Origin: Parasynechococcus marenigrum WH 8102
GTDB lineage: Bacteria > Cyanobacteriota > Cyanobacteriia > PCC-6307 > Cyanobiaceae
Length of the DNA stretch: 32,000 bases
Assembly (NCBI RefSeq): GCF_000195975.1
Contig: NC_005070.1
Coordinates: 1,200,001 to 1,232,000, forward strand
Direction: 5' to 3'
Below the pieces are notes generated by a model. The model saw only the letters and a program-made list of their open reading frames with translations. It did no database searches and had not been told where the DNA came from. The first letter of the stretch is position 1. Each line of letters opens with the position of its first letter. The position numbers and the translations under genes are program-made. Of the stretch, positions 9,728 through 19,980 are shown piece after piece.

Positions 9728-9792
9728 GCGAATCAGGCATCACACCCACATTTGAGCAAGATGTGGCGGTTCTGCCAGTCCAGAGTGTCTTG

Positions 9793-10452
9793 ATGCCCAC
9801 TCCCGCACGCGTTGTTCTCGGCTGTGCACTGGTGTTGTTGACACTGACGCTGTTCAATGCCGGCCTGGCTGAATCGATCACTCCTGAACTGGAAAGGGCT
9901 GAAGTCCTCTGCGGGATGGCCTCTGTTGGACTGATGTTGGTGGCTGTGCTGTGGACCAGGGCAGATCCAACCCAGGCGAAACCACGGCCACTCAGCGGTG
10001 AACAGGGTTTGCAGTTGGATCCTGATTTGGACGAAGCGATCAGGGAAGAGCTGGCCTGGGGAAGCCACATGCTTCTGACGGCAACACCGGCAGCAACCCT
10101 TCTGGTTTTTTGGCGTGATCAAGTCCTCCTTCGCCGCGGATTGCTGGGCGACGGTGATAAAGCGTTCACCCCCGGTCCGATTTGTCGACGTGCCATGGAC
10201 CGTCAAACACCGATCAGTTTGGTCAACACAACCCTGTTCCCCGGGCGCCATGAATTTGATCCTGTTCTCGACAACCTTCCGGCTGTTCTGATCGTCCCCC
10301 TGGCATCAGAGGGAGTGCTGATCCTCGGGGGGTGGTCTGAACGATGCTTCAGTCAGGCCGATGAGCAGTGGCTTGAAGGCTGGGGGGCACGGCTCAGAAC
10401 GAAACTCGAGGGCGTGACGATGGAGGGGCGCTGCGGGATTGATCCGGCCTGA
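9793..10452 (+). CDS. Membrane protein, possibly of the cofactor-assembly-of-complex-C (CCB2/CCB4, DUF2930) type
   Basis: Start placed at ATG 9793 (MPTPARVVLGCALVLLTLTLF...). Two N-terminal TM helices precede a soluble domain. The track ORF start at 9634 would overlap the divergent gene. The CDS is well supported but the function is a recall-based guess. Confidence 0.6.
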   Translation: MPTPARVVLGCALVLLTLTLFNAGLAESITPELERAEVLCGMASVGLMLVAVLWTRADPTQAKPRPLSGEQGLQLDPDLDEAIREELAWGSHMLLTATPAATLLVFWRDQVLLRRGLLGDGDKAFTPGPICRRAMDRQTPISLVNTTLFPGRHEFDPVLDNLPAVLIVPLASEGVLILGGWSERCFSQADEQWLEGWGARLRTKLEGVTMEGRCGIDPA

Positions 10453-11545
10453 AGCGAATGCTGGATTGCACCCGTTGTCCGGTCGATCCAAAACGGACGC
10501 CTTCCCTTGATCCCAGTTGCCCCTCCATCCGTGGAGCTCTTGTCTCCTGGTCGGGATCCTGACGCCTGAGCACCACATCCCCATCAGCCACCACACGGTT
10601 GGTCACCCAGTTCCAGCTGCAACGATGGGCTTTCAAGGACTCCCCAGGCTGTGTCAGTTGACAGGCCTTGGAAATGATGACGGTCGTAGCCGTTTCGTCG
10701 ATCACAAATCCGTCCCCTGTGGCGGTGGCATCCTGGCGTTTGCCCTGGAACGGAGCGAAGGATCGGAGTCGTTGTTCAGCAAGATTCCAGCGTGTGGTCC
10801 CCGCGTTGATGGCACCATCCTTCTGCTCCAGGCGAACGGGCTGAATCAGATCGAGGAAGCCCTGCTGGGTGTTGCCCTGCAGGGCAGATGCTGTGACGGT
10901 CAAGTTCTTGCGGCGCAGAGCGCGGACGGGGCCGCGCACCCCCAGTTCGCCGGTTTCCAGATTCCAACGGCCTTTGCTGGCTCGGATCTCGGTGTCTGGC
11001 TCCATGTCCGGTTGTCGGTGTTGTGTCCAGCGCAGGAGTTGTGTCGGGCCCTCGAAACGAAGGGTGTTGCTGGACTGGATCAAGGTGAGCCGTTTGGCCA
11101 TCAACCGGGAGGTTTCATCCAAAGCCTCCGGGTTCTGATCCATCACCATGCGCTCCTCCGCGGGTCTCCAAACCAACCGATCCCCTCGGATCAGCACGGT
11201 TTGGTCTTGCAGTTGCTTGAGCTGCACCTGGCCTTCCAGGATCACCATCTCGCCGTCGTTCAGCACCGTTGCCAGTTCGGCACTGATGCGAAACGAAGGC
11301 TGATTATCGTTGTAAAGAACTCCAGTGGGGCGTCGGGCGCGAACCGTGCGGCTCGATAGGTCATATCGCGCTTCAGGGCTGCTGAGATCCCAATCCCTCT
11401 TGCCATCCTTGCGACGTTGGTTGAGATCGAGGGAACGGAAGACGAAGGGCGGGGCGGAATCCTGTTGAGATACCGGTTGCTGGGTGCAACCGATCAGACC
11501 GCTGCTAAGCACCAGTGCAGGGATCAGCAGCAGAGAACGATCCAT
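10394..11545 (-). CDS. Lipoprotein with OstA-fold, LptC/LptA-like (LPS transport periplasmic component)
   Basis: Lipobox LSSGLIGC follows MDRSLLLIPALV. The rest is long beta-rich repeats typical of LptC/LptA-like proteins. ATG at 11545 (GTG at 11548), only 3 nt after the metG stop. Confidence 0.6.
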   Translation of the reverse strand: MDRSLLLIPALVLSSGLIGCTQQPVSQQDSAPPFVFRSLDLNQRRKDGKRDWDLSSPEARYDLSSRTVRARRPTGVLYNDNQPSFRISAELATVLNDGEMVILEGQVQLKQLQDQTVLIRGDRLVWRPAEERMVMDQNPEALDETSRLMAKRLTLIQSSNTLRFEGPTQLLRWTQHRQPDMEPDTEIRASKGRWNLETGELGVRGPVRALRRKNLTVTASALQGNTQQGFLDLIQPVRLEQKDGAINAGTTRWNLAEQRLRSFAPFQGKRQDATATGDGFVIDETATTVIISKACQLTQPGESLKAHRCSWNWVTNRVVADGDVVLRRQDPDQETRAPRMEGQLGSREGVRFGSTGQRVQSSIRFRPDQSRSAPPSSRPRVSF

Positions 11546-11548
11546 CAC

Positions 11549-13093
11549 TCAGAGGGACTCCTCGAGTTCGAGGCGCTGCATCACCGGAGATGGTTTGGGA
11601 AGAGACGCCCCACTCACCAGGCCACCCCAGCTCAGCTTTTCGGTCCAGCCATCGGGATTGATGCTGGTACCGAGCTGCTCCAGAATTCGTGTGCTCAACT
11701 CGGGCAGCAATGGGCTGAGAAGCAGTCCCACAATCCGGGTGGCTTCCAGAACGGCATAGAGGTCATCGCCGACCTCGGCTTCCTTACCCGGTTGCTTCAT
11801 CCTGCTCCATGGCGCTGTGTCGTTGAGATGACCATTGGCTGCGATCGCCAGTTGGAGAACAGCCTCCGCCGCCGGCTTGAAGCCAAGGGATGGCATGGAT
11901 GTCAGGACCGTTGTGACGGCAGTGTTGGCCGCAACGGCAAGGGGATGGTGAGGTCCCACGGCATCGGTGTGGGGTGGAACGGCATCAGCGAACCACTTCC
12001 TGGCCATGGATGAGGTGCGGTTGAGCAGGTTGCCGATGGTGTTAGCGAGGTCGTTGTTCACCAGATCAACGAAGCGCTGCTGTTGAAAATCGCCGTCGTC
12101 CCCGAATTGGATGTCGCGCAGCAGATACCAACGAACGGCATCTGATCCGCAGCGCTCCAGCAGTCGTTCCGGGTCGAGCACATTGCCCAGCGACTTGCCC
12201 ATCTTCAGGCCTTCTCGGGTGAGAAAGCCGTGGCCGAACACGGTCTTCGGCAGAGGCAGTCCTGCAGACATCAGCATCGCCGGCCAGAACACGGCATGGA
12301 AACGCAGGATGTCCTTGCCGATCACATGCACGGATGCCGGCCAGCCGCACTGCTCCAGACGCTCCAGCGCAACCGGCCCCCCGTCATCCAGCAGCGCTGT
12401 GAGATAGCCCAGCAAGGCATCGAACCACACGTAGAAGGTGTGGCCTTCATGGCCTGGCACGGGCAGGCCCCAGCTCACATTCACCCGCGAGATTGAGAAG
12501 TCCCTCAGCCCCTGGGCGACGAAATTCCTCACCTCCTGGCGTCGGTTCGCCGGTTGGATGAAGTCGTCCCTAGCCACCAGCTCTTCGATCTGCGACTGGT
12601 AGTGGGAGAGGCGGAAGAACAGGTTTTCCTCATCCCGCCACTCCAGCGGCTTCTGGTGGATCGGGCAGCTGGGATCGACGGCCTCGGCTGAATCGTCTTT
12701 GTATTCCTCGCACCCGACGCAGTACCAACCGGTCTGCCGGCCGCTGATGACGTCCCCTGATCCTTTAACGCGAGCGAAGAACTGATCGACCAGCTGCAGA
12801 TGACGGGGATCGGTGGTGCGAACGAAGCGGTCCTGACTGATCCCCCAGCGAGACCAGAGGTCGCGGTAGCTGCCACTGATTGCATCGCAGTGCTGTTGCG
12901 GGCTCAGCTGCCGGGCTTCAGCCGTTCGCTGGATCTTCTGTCCGTGCTCGTCAACTCCGGTGATGAACACCACAGCCTTGCCGTTCAACCGCTGGAAGCG
13001 CGCCAGGGCATCACAGGCCAGGGTTGTGTAGGTGCTGCCCAGGTGCGGCCGATCGTTGACGTAATAAAGCGGAGTCGTGAGGGTGTAGGGCAT
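11549..13093 (-). CDS. metG: Methionine--tRNA ligase
   Basis: Start at ATG 13093 (MPYTLTTPLYYVNDRPHLGS carries the HIGH-type motif). KMSKS-type motif is LKMGKSLGN. Zn-knuckle is CVGCEEY...CPIH. Confidence 0.95.
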   Translation of the reverse strand: MPYTLTTPLYYVNDRPHLGSTYTTLACDALARFQRLNGKAVVFITGVDEHGQKIQRTAEARQLSPQQHCDAISGSYRDLWSRWGISQDRFVRTTDPRHLQLVDQFFARVKGSGDVISGRQTGWYCVGCEEYKDDSAEAVDPSCPIHQKPLEWRDEENLFFRLSHYQSQIEELVARDDFIQPANRRQEVRNFVAQGLRDFSISRVNVSWGLPVPGHEGHTFYVWFDALLGYLTALLDDGGPVALERLEQCGWPASVHVIGKDILRFHAVFWPAMLMSAGLPLPKTVFGHGFLTREGLKMGKSLGNVLDPERLLERCGSDAVRWYLLRDIQFGDDGDFQQQRFVDLVNNDLANTIGNLLNRTSSMARKWFADAVPPHTDAVGPHHPLAVAANTAVTTVLTSMPSLGFKPAAEAVLQLAIAANGHLNDTAPWSRMKQPGKEAEVGDDLYAVLEATRIVGLLLSPLLPELSTRILEQLGTSINPDGWTEKLSWGGLVSGASLPKPSPVMQRLELEESL

Positions 13094-13167
13094 CGTTGGG
13101 TCCGGACCTCCGCCGCACAACGCGACGCCGGATCCTAACGACCGCACTTTTCTGTTTTGTTGCCCGT

Positions 13168-14928
13168 ATGACCTGGGACGTGATCGTCTGGGGAGGTGGC
13201 ACCGGTGGTGTGGCCGCTGCCGTTCAGGCAGCGCGCTCAGGAGCGCGGACGTTGCTGCTGACCCCAGGGCCGTGGTTGGGGGGAATGCTCAGTGCCGCCG
13301 GGGTGAGTGCCCCTGATGGCCATGAACTGAGCTGCTGGCAGACGGGGCTCTGGGGGCAGTTCATCCGAACCCTGGCAACCAGCGTCCCCGAAGGCCTTGA
13401 TCAGAACTGGGTCAGCTGCTTCGGATTCCGGCCAGAACAGGCTGAGCGTTTGTTGCAGAGCTGGGTTCGAGCGGAGCCCTTGCTCGAGTGGTGGTCCGGT
13501 TGTCGCATGGGTGGGATTGATCGCCGGGGAGATCGCATTCAGACCCTGGAGGTGGAATGCAATCGCCAACGCCATCGACTGGACAGCTGCATCTGGATCG
13601 ACGGCAGTGATCTGGGCGAGCTGATCGCCCTGGCGGAAGCACCGTTCCGTTGGGGGTGGGAGTCCCGTGAAACCTGGAATGAACCCAGTGCTCCATCGGC
13701 TGATGCCCTGGCGAAAGACCCTTTTTTCAGCCGGCAGCCCGTGCAGTCCCCCACCTGGGTGGTGATGGGCCAGCTCACGGCAGCCGCTCCCCATTCCCCG
13801 GCGACGGTTGCTCCAGCGGCTCCCTTTGCCGATGCGCTGGAAGCGTTTGGGCTGGAGCGAACGCTCACCTACGGCCGCCTGCCAGGTGGGCTTGTGATGT
13901 TGAACTGGCCTCTGGGCGGTAACGACTGGCATCACGGGCTGGGGCGTTCCATCGCGCCGCTGGCATCGGACCGTGATGACTTGGATCAGGAGATGCAGGA
14001 GCACAGCCTGCAGTTTCTGGAGCAACTCTCCCGCTGCGGTAACGGTTGGTTGACCTGTGGTGAGGCCTTCCCCTCATCCAGACCACAGCTCGCCTTGATG
14101 CCCTACTGGCGGGAAGGGCGTCGCATGATCGGCCAGTCAATGGTGTCCGAGCTGGATCTCCTGCCGGTGACGAACCAGGCGAGGCGCAGCCGCCTGCCCG
14201 CCACAAGCATCGCCGTGGGTACCTACGCCAATGATCACCATTACCCCGGCGACGACTGGCCGCTTGCTCCGAAGAGCTGTCGTTGGGGTGGACGCTGGAC
14301 CGGCACCCCCTTCTGTATACCGTTCGAGGCTCTGGTGAGCAGCGAGATCTCCAATCTGCTCGCCGCCGAGAAGTGCTTCAGCGTCAGCCACATCGCCAAT
14401 GGGGCGACCCGGCTGCAACCACTGATTCTCAACATCGGCCAGGCCGCTGGACTGGCTGCGGCCCTGGCCGTGCGATCCAATCTTGAGCCGCGTGAGCTGC
14501 CTGTGAATTCTCTGCAACATCAGCTGATTGATGACCCACACGCACCTGCTGCCGTGATGCCCATCTGGGACTGGCCCTGCTGGCATCCGCACTGGCGCGA
14601 AGCCCAGCATCGGGTCGTGCGCAATCCCGACACCTTGCGGCAGGACGGATCACTGGCGTCTGCACAGGCTTCCGATTTATCGCTCCCGGCTGCTGTTGCT
14701 GCTCCTTCTGAGCGCCATGGTCAGCAGATCCAGGGACGGTTTTGCCGCGATGCGGATGGCTTGCGCTACTGGCTGGAGTCAGGCTCGATCCGTCGCCAGC
14801 TGATCACCCTGGAGCCAGCCGTGGAACGGGTTCTCTCCGGTGCAGCGGATGGAACGCAGATGGATCTGGTCGCTGTCCACAACCCCTGGGGCCCCTGGTG
14901 GCGGGTCAGCCAATTGCTCACTCATTGA
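13168..14928 (+). CDS. FAD-dependent oxidoreductase of unknown specificity
   Basis: Start at ATG 13168 (MTWDVIVWGGGTGGVAAAVQAARSG is a Rossmann GxGxxG dinucleotide-binding motif). 586 aa. No further family recognised. Confidence 0.8.
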   Translation: MTWDVIVWGGGTGGVAAAVQAARSGARTLLLTPGPWLGGMLSAAGVSAPDGHELSCWQTGLWGQFIRTLATSVPEGLDQNWVSCFGFRPEQAERLLQSWVRAEPLLEWWSGCRMGGIDRRGDRIQTLEVECNRQRHRLDSCIWIDGSDLGELIALAEAPFRWGWESRETWNEPSAPSADALAKDPFFSRQPVQSPTWVVMGQLTAAAPHSPATVAPAAPFADALEAFGLERTLTYGRLPGGLVMLNWPLGGNDWHHGLGRSIAPLASDRDDLDQEMQEHSLQFLEQLSRCGNGWLTCGEAFPSSRPQLALMPYWREGRRMIGQSMVSELDLLPVTNQARRSRLPATSIAVGTYANDHHYPGDDWPLAPKSCRWGGRWTGTPFCIPFEALVSSEISNLLAAEKCFSVSHIANGATRLQPLILNIGQAAGLAAALAVRSNLEPRELPVNSLQHQLIDDPHAPAAVMPIWDWPCWHPHWREAQHRVVRNPDTLRQDGSLASAQASDLSLPAAVAAPSERHGQQIQGRFCRDADGLRYWLESGSIRRQLITLEPAVERVLSGAADGTQMDLVAVHNPWGPWWRVSQLLTH

Positions 14929-16955
14929 AAGCGCAGCTTGAGCTCGGCTCTGTCCGGATCGACATGAAGCACCGTCATCGTCAGCAGCTGGCCTGGCGCT
15001 GGATCCTCCCCGTCGGCATAACCCACCAGATCCATCGCCAGATCCGGCACGTGAACCAGCGCCAGGCGATCCTGAGGGCGTAGCCAACGCAGGAACTGCA
15101 CTGACCACTGTTGGTCGCGATGCTGTTCCAGCCACACCTGTTGCCAGTGGCGCTGGTCCTCACGACTGATCTGGATCGACTGCCGCAGGGGATCCTCCAA
15201 CGAATCCAGCTGCTCCCGCAGCAGGGGCTCCGACATCACGGACCTCTGCTCGATCCAGGCGATCAACTGGCGATGGGCCAACAGGTCGGCGTAACGACGG
15301 ATGGGTGAGGTGGCCTGCACGTAGGCCTCCAATCCGAGACTGAAGTGGGGCATCGGTGATGTGCCCTGCAGACCTCGACTGAGACAGCGTTTCACCGCTG
15401 CATCACGGGCAGGGCCCTCCGGTATCTCCGCCAACTCCTGCGCACTGGGGAGCTCCGCTGGTGGCTGACTGCGATAGGGCAGGGCCATCCCTTCCCTGCG
15501 ACCGATCTCCGCCACAGCGGCACCCATCAGCAACATCGCCTCACTGACCATCACTCGAGCTGGAGAGGGATCGATCACCTGAAGCTCAGGACCGGCTGCG
15601 CCGCGGCGGAACCGTCCTTCCTGGCGCTCGAAGTTGATGGCTCCCCGACGCTGACGCCAGTTGAAGCGACGTTTGAGCAGGGCGGACAGCTGGGCGAGGT
15701 CCTCATCCCCGGGGGGGACCAGTTCGATCAGTTCATCGCCATCCTCGTAGGTGAGCCGATAACGGGGTTGCACCCAGGAGCGCTGACAGCTGCTGGCCAC
15801 GACCGCACCCTCGTCATCCAGGAGCACACCGACACTGAGAGCAGGGCAACGCTGCCCTGCACGGAGACTGAAGATCTCTGTGGCGAGCTTCAGCGGCAGC
15901 ATCGGCAGCACGCCATTCGCCAGATACAGGCTGGTGGCCCGTCGACGGGCCTCACGGTCCAGGGGGCTGTCCGGTTCAATCAGGCGTGCCGGATCAGCGA
16001 TGTGGATCCAGATCCACGGTCCACCATCGCCAGGTTCCAGTGCCAGGCCGTCGTCGATTTCCTTGGTGCTGGAGTCATCCAGGGTGTAAACCCGTTGTGC
16101 CGTCAGATCCACGCGGGTGTCATCACCGGAACAGCTGTCAGCTGCCCTGGCCAGCAACTCGTCAATGATTTCGGCGTTCGCCTCTGGTAGTTGGCTCGAC
16201 CACGCACTGCCGCGCAACGCGCTGGGTTGGTGAGGATCCAACAGCTCACGTGCCACAAGCCAGGTCTTCAGAGCCTTGCGATCGGGGGGCAGCCCCAGCA
16301 GCTGGAGTAAGCCCAGTCCAGGCATTTCGCCCAGGTCCGCTTCCGGCCCGTGGACCAGCTCCAGCAGCTGATCAAGGCGGTCGGACCAGGTCGGATCCAG
16401 CAGCTCTCGTCGTTGCTCGGTCAGTGGAGCTGACTCCTGCAACAGGGCCAACTGGCGAAGGTCATGCTCCCGTTGCAAATGCTCCCGTCGCTGTTTGAGC
16501 CGCTGTTGGCGAATCTCATTCAAGGGGCGCGCCTGCAGGGTCCGATCCCGTCGCAGTCGAAACCAGATCTGAGGACCATTCAGCCAGCTCCAGACGGCCG
16601 CCAGCGCAATGAGATCAGGCCGTCCCACCAGCAGATCGGTCAGATCGCTCAGGGAGATGCAAGGGAGGGTGTCATCCGTGACATCACTCACCAGCAGCCA
16701 CCAGGCCTCTGCACTGACCCTTGGTGACAGAACAATGGACTGCACCTGGTCCGGTGTGGGCAGCACAGAACGGCGAACCGAGTCGCTCAGCTCTCCGCAG
16801 GGAACAAGCTCCCGCAGTGGAATCTCCTGATCCCGTCGTTGTCCACCAAATGCCAAGACCGCCTTGCTGCCCTTGCAGGACAACAGGCGGCCGATGAGGG
16901 GCTGACCCTTGAGCAGAACGCCGACGATGGCGTCGGTCTGGAAATCACTTGCCAA
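14922..16955 (-). CDS. RNase II/R-family 3'-5' exoribonuclease (RNB domain)
   Basis: 677 aa. RNB motifs are TKEIDDGLAL and SPIRRYADLLAHRQL. The only start near the 5' end is TTG at 16955, 11 nt downstream of the rpsR stop. The 3' end overlaps the convergent oxidoreductase gene by 7 nt. Confidence 0.88.
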   Translation of the reverse strand: MASDFQTDAIVGVLLKGQPLIGRLLSCKGSKAVLAFGGQRRDQEIPLRELVPCGELSDSVRRSVLPTPDQVQSIVLSPRVSAEAWWLLVSDVTDDTLPCISLSDLTDLLVGRPDLIALAAVWSWLNGPQIWFRLRRDRTLQARPLNEIRQQRLKQRREHLQREHDLRQLALLQESAPLTEQRRELLDPTWSDRLDQLLELVHGPEADLGEMPGLGLLQLLGLPPDRKALKTWLVARELLDPHQPSALRGSAWSSQLPEANAEIIDELLARAADSCSGDDTRVDLTAQRVYTLDDSSTKEIDDGLALEPGDGGPWIWIHIADPARLIEPDSPLDREARRRATSLYLANGVLPMLPLKLATEIFSLRAGQRCPALSVGVLLDDEGAVVASSCQRSWVQPRYRLTYEDGDELIELVPPGDEDLAQLSALLKRRFNWRQRRGAINFERQEGRFRRGAAGPELQVIDPSPARVMVSEAMLLMGAAVAEIGRREGMALPYRSQPPAELPSAQELAEIPEGPARDAAVKRCLSRGLQGTSPMPHFSLGLEAYVQATSPIRRYADLLAHRQLIAWIEQRSVMSEPLLREQLDSLEDPLRQSIQISREDQRHWQQVWLEQHRDQQWSVQFLRWLRPQDRLALVHVPDLAMDLVGYADGEDPAPGQLLTMTVLHVDPDRAELKLRFQ

Positions 16956-16966
16956 GGCTGAAGCGA

Positions 16967-17188
16967 TCAGCCCTCGGGATTCACGAAGGGCAGCAGGGCA
17001 ACGATGCGTGCACGCTTCACCGCATTGGTGAGATCACGCTGCTGTTTGGCAGTGAGACCCGTCAGTCGGCGGGGAAGGATCTTGCCGCGTTCAGTGATGA
17101 ACTTCTTGAGCAGATCCACATCCTTGTAATCGATGGGATCGCCAGGCTTGATCGGAGAAAGGCGCTTCTTGAAGAAGGAGCTGGACAT
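16967..17188 (-). CDS. rpsR: 30S ribosomal protein S18
   Basis: 73 aa: [50 protein letters not shown]. Confidence 0.97.
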
Positions 17189-17226
17189 GGGTCAGGAACG
17201 GTTGGAAGAGAATCGAAACTGCAAGA

Positions 17227-17421
17227 TCACTTGATCTCCTTGTGGGGAGTCATCTTGTTGCAGTGGGGACAGAACTTCTTGATCTCCAGCCGTTCGGTGG
17301 TGTTCCGGCGGTTCTTCTCGGTCGTGTAGCGGGACACGCCGGGTGAACGCTTGGCGGGATTGGACCGGCATTCGGTGCACTCGAGAGTGATCACGATCCG
17401 GACGCCCTTGTTCTTGGCCAT
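17227..17421 (-). CDS. rpmG: 50S ribosomal protein L33
   Basis: Start at ATG 17421 ([22 protein letters not shown]...[16 protein letters not shown]). It has the Cys4 zinc-ribbon form. The longer track ORF adds 12 unsupported residues. Confidence 0.95.
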   Translation of the reverse strand: MAKNKGVRIVITLECTECRSNPAKRSPGVSRYTTEKNRRNTTERLEIKKFCPHCNKMTPHKEIK

Positions 17422-17535
17422 AAAGGACGTTGCGCCGCAGTGCGAAGCGATTGACAAACAAAAAGCTTACCTGTCGACGAATCTTGGAAGAACGATCTGC
17501 ACTTCCTAAGATCACGCGCCGTCCACGCTGGCTTC

Positions 17536-19980
17536 ATGCGGGTCTCCCTCTCTTGGCTCAAGCAACTGGTTCAGGTGACGGACTCGGTCGAAGCGTTGGC
17601 CCATCGTCTGTCGATGGCGGGATTCGAGGAGGAAGAGATTGAGGATCTCAGCGCCCGGGCCAAGGGCGTCGTCGTGGGTTTCGTCAAAGATCGGGAGAAA
17701 CATCCCAACGCCGACAAGCTCAGCGTCTGTCAGGTGGATATCGGTTCCGAGGAATCGATTCAGATCGTCTGCGGCGCCAAGAATGTCCGGGCGGGTCTGC
17801 ATGTGCCGGTCGCCATGGTGGGCGCGGAGTTGCCGGCTGTGAATCTCACGATCAAATCGGGGGAACTCCGGGGGGTGAGCAGCAACGGGATGATCTGCTC
17901 CCTGTCTGAACTGGGGCTGGCGACGGAGTCCGATGGCATCGCTGAACTCGATGCACTGACCGACGAGCTTCCGGCCCTTGGTGCGCCGGTTGCTCCGATG
18001 CTCGGCCTTGATGACACGGTTCTCGAGCTGGCGATCACCGCCAACCGTCCGGATGGTCTGTCGATGGTCGGGATCGCCCGGGAGGTGGCCGCCCTGACGG
18101 GTTCTGCACTCACGCTTCCGGTTCTGACCCTTAAGCCTGCCCATGAACTCCTGCAGGCATCTGCCGCCAGTGCTGAGGCCATGCAGGCCGGTGGCCTTTA
18201 CGGCATCACGCTGATCGAAGGCGTTGACGGCTCCCAGGTTTCTCCGACTTGGGTGCAACAGCGTCTGGAACGGGCCGGGATCAATCGTGTGAATGCCGTT
18301 GTGGACATCACCAACGTGGTGATGTTGGAGCAGGGACAACCCCTGCATGCCTTTGATGCCGATGCCCTCGAACAACTCACCGGCAAGCCGGTGAATGCAG
18401 CCAGTTTCGGCTTGCGACAGGCCCGCGAGGGTGAAGCTTTCATCGGCCTGGATGGCAGGGAGTTGAGCCTCGTTGCCCGTGCCCAGGTGGTGACCTGTCA
18501 CGACCTGCCGATCGCTCTGGCCGGTGTCATGGGGAGCAAGGCCAGTGGTGTGACAGCCGCAACGGGGCGGATTTGGCTGGAGTCCGCCATGTTCAGCCCT
18601 GCTGCTGTCCGCACGACGGCCCGCTCCGTTGGACTGCGTACGGATGCCAGTGCTCGATTTGAGAAGGGTTTGCCGAAGGAGATGACCCTGGCCTGTTCAA
18701 TCCGTGCTCTGGAGCTGCTGAAAGAGCTGTTTCCCTGTGAAGCCAAGGGCCTCTGGGTCTGTGGTGACAGCGCTGCTGACGCCAGTTCCGTGTTGTTGCG
18801 CCGTAACGCCCTGCATCAGTTGCTGGGACCCATCGAGGATGAGGAGGGCAGTTCCGACCTGGCTGATGCTGTAGTCGAGCAATGTCTGACGGCCCTCGGT
18901 TCTGAACTCAGCCCTAGCGATGAGGGATGGAATGTCATTGCTCCCCCTTCGCGACGGCTCGACCTGGCCCGCGAGATCGATCTGATTGAAGAGGTCGCAC
19001 GCCTCGTGGGATTTGATCGCTTCGGCGCCCATCTGCCGGATCCCTTGGCCCCAGGAGCGCTGACGCCGGCACAGCAGGCGGAACGCCGTCTCCGAACGCT
19101 CTTCTGCGGTGCCGGTCTGCAGGAGATCACAACACTGTCGTTGGTGAGTGCCAGCGATAGCGATCCACGCATCGCTATCAGCAATCCTCTGCTGGCCGAA
19201 ACCAGTCATCTGCGGACAAACCTCTGGGAAGAGCACCTTGCGGTTTGTGTCCGCAACCTGAAGGCCTCCCAGCCCGGATGCTGGATTTTTGAACTGGGCA
19301 CCACCTACGCCGGAAGCGCTGATGCGGTGGAGGAGTCGAGGCTTCTTTCCGGAGTGATCTGCGGTGAGCAACGCCTGGAGCGTTGGACCACCAGCGGCAA
19401 ACCGGCACCTCCCGATTACTACGCCGCTCGTGGACGACTGACGGAGGTGATGCAGGCCTTGAAGCTCGATGTGTCCGACCGACGTCTCACTGACGACTCC
19501 CGTCTCCATCCCGGTCGGGCGGCCACCCTTGTGCTGGAGGGACGTCCCCTCGGCTGCTTCGGCCAATTGCACCCGGAATTGGCGGCATCTCAAAACCTCC
19601 CGGAGGCCACCTTTCTGTTCGAACTGGATCTGACCCGTTTGGTGGAGTCGGCCACCCGTCGGAACCGCTGGGTTCCAGCCTTCAAGGCCTTCCCAACCGT
19701 TCCGGCTAGTGAACGTGATCTGGCGGTGGTGGTGGATCGTTCGCAGGCCGCTTCAGACCTGATGCAGTCGATCCGGAAGGCGGGTAAGCCATTACTCGAA
19801 GCCGTTACGTTGATCGACCGGTTCGAGGGTGACCAACTCGGCGAGAACAAGGCCAGCCAGGCCTTCCGCCTTCGTTACCGGCACCAGTCGGAGACCCTGA
19901 CCGATGACCAGGTGCAACCGGTCCATGACAAGGTCCGCAATGCCCTCGTGAAACAGCACGGTGCCGAGCTCAGGAGCTGA
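17536..19980 (+). CDS. pheT: Phenylalanine--tRNA ligase beta subunit
   Basis: 814 aa. N-terminal tRNA-binding domain (HPNADKLSVCQVDIG), B3/4 and B5 domains, and a C-terminal FDX-ACB domain (FRLRYRHQSETLTDDQV). Confidence 0.95.
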   Translation: MRVSLSWLKQLVQVTDSVEALAHRLSMAGFEEEEIEDLSARAKGVVVGFVKDREKHPNADKLSVCQVDIGSEESIQIVCGAKNVRAGLHVPVAMVGAELPAVNLTIKSGELRGVSSNGMICSLSELGLATESDGIAELDALTDELPALGAPVAPMLGLDDTVLELAITANRPDGLSMVGIAREVAALTGSALTLPVLTLKPAHELLQASAASAEAMQAGGLYGITLIEGVDGSQVSPTWVQQRLERAGINRVNAVVDITNVVMLEQGQPLHAFDADALEQLTGKPVNAASFGLRQAREGEAFIGLDGRELSLVARAQVVTCHDLPIALAGVMGSKASGVTAATGRIWLESAMFSPAAVRTTARSVGLRTDASARFEKGLPKEMTLACSIRALELLKELFPCEAKGLWVCGDSAADASSVLLRRNALHQLLGPIEDEEGSSDLADAVVEQCLTALGSELSPSDEGWNVIAPPSRRLDLAREIDLIEEVARLVGFDRFGAHLPDPLAPGALTPAQQAERRLRTLFCGAGLQEITTLSLVSASDSDPRIAISNPLLAETSHLRTNLWEEHLAVCVRNLKASQPGCWIFELGTTYAGSADAVEESRLLSGVICGEQRLERWTTSGKPAPPDYYAARGRLTEVMQALKLDVSDRRLTDDSRLHPGRAATLVLEGRPLGCFGQLHPELAASQNLPEATFLFELDLTRLVESATRRNRWVPAFKAFPTVPASERDLAVVVDRSQAASDLMQSIRKAGKPLLEAVTLIDRFEGDQLGENKASQAFRLRYRHQSETLTDDQVQPVHDKVRNALVKQHGAELRS

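Noticed and set aside
9746-9766. Inverted repeat CCACAT-N9-ATGTGG in the 65-bp divergent region between the TerB-like and CCB-like genes.
   Set aside because: With only 6-bp arms, chance occurrence in a region this size is not negligible, and it does not match a binding-site consensus I can name.
662-11848. HIP1 octamer GCGATCGC found at 662, 1566, 2864 and 11841.
   Set aside because: Four copies against roughly one expected by composition is consistent with a cyanobacterial origin. This is a known genome-wide feature, too few copies to mean anything locally, and all four lie inside coding regions.
17512-18501. Long ORFs lying antisense or out of frame to confidently identified genes. Examples: 17512..18501 and 18697..19593 opposite pheT, and 13237..14025 opposite the FAD oxidoreductase. 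Also 10517..11359 opposite the LptC-like gene, 11417..12013 opposite metG, and 30663..31520 opposite metH. Also 20334..21053 out of frame within rlmD, 6408..6908 opposite trmL, 4245..4778 opposite prx, and 8320..8883.
   Set aside because: Their translations are Arg/Gly/Pro/His-rich with no recognisable motifs. Each is fully covered by a gene with strong family signatures. Long shadow ORFs are expected in stop-codon-poor DNA of about 60% GC.
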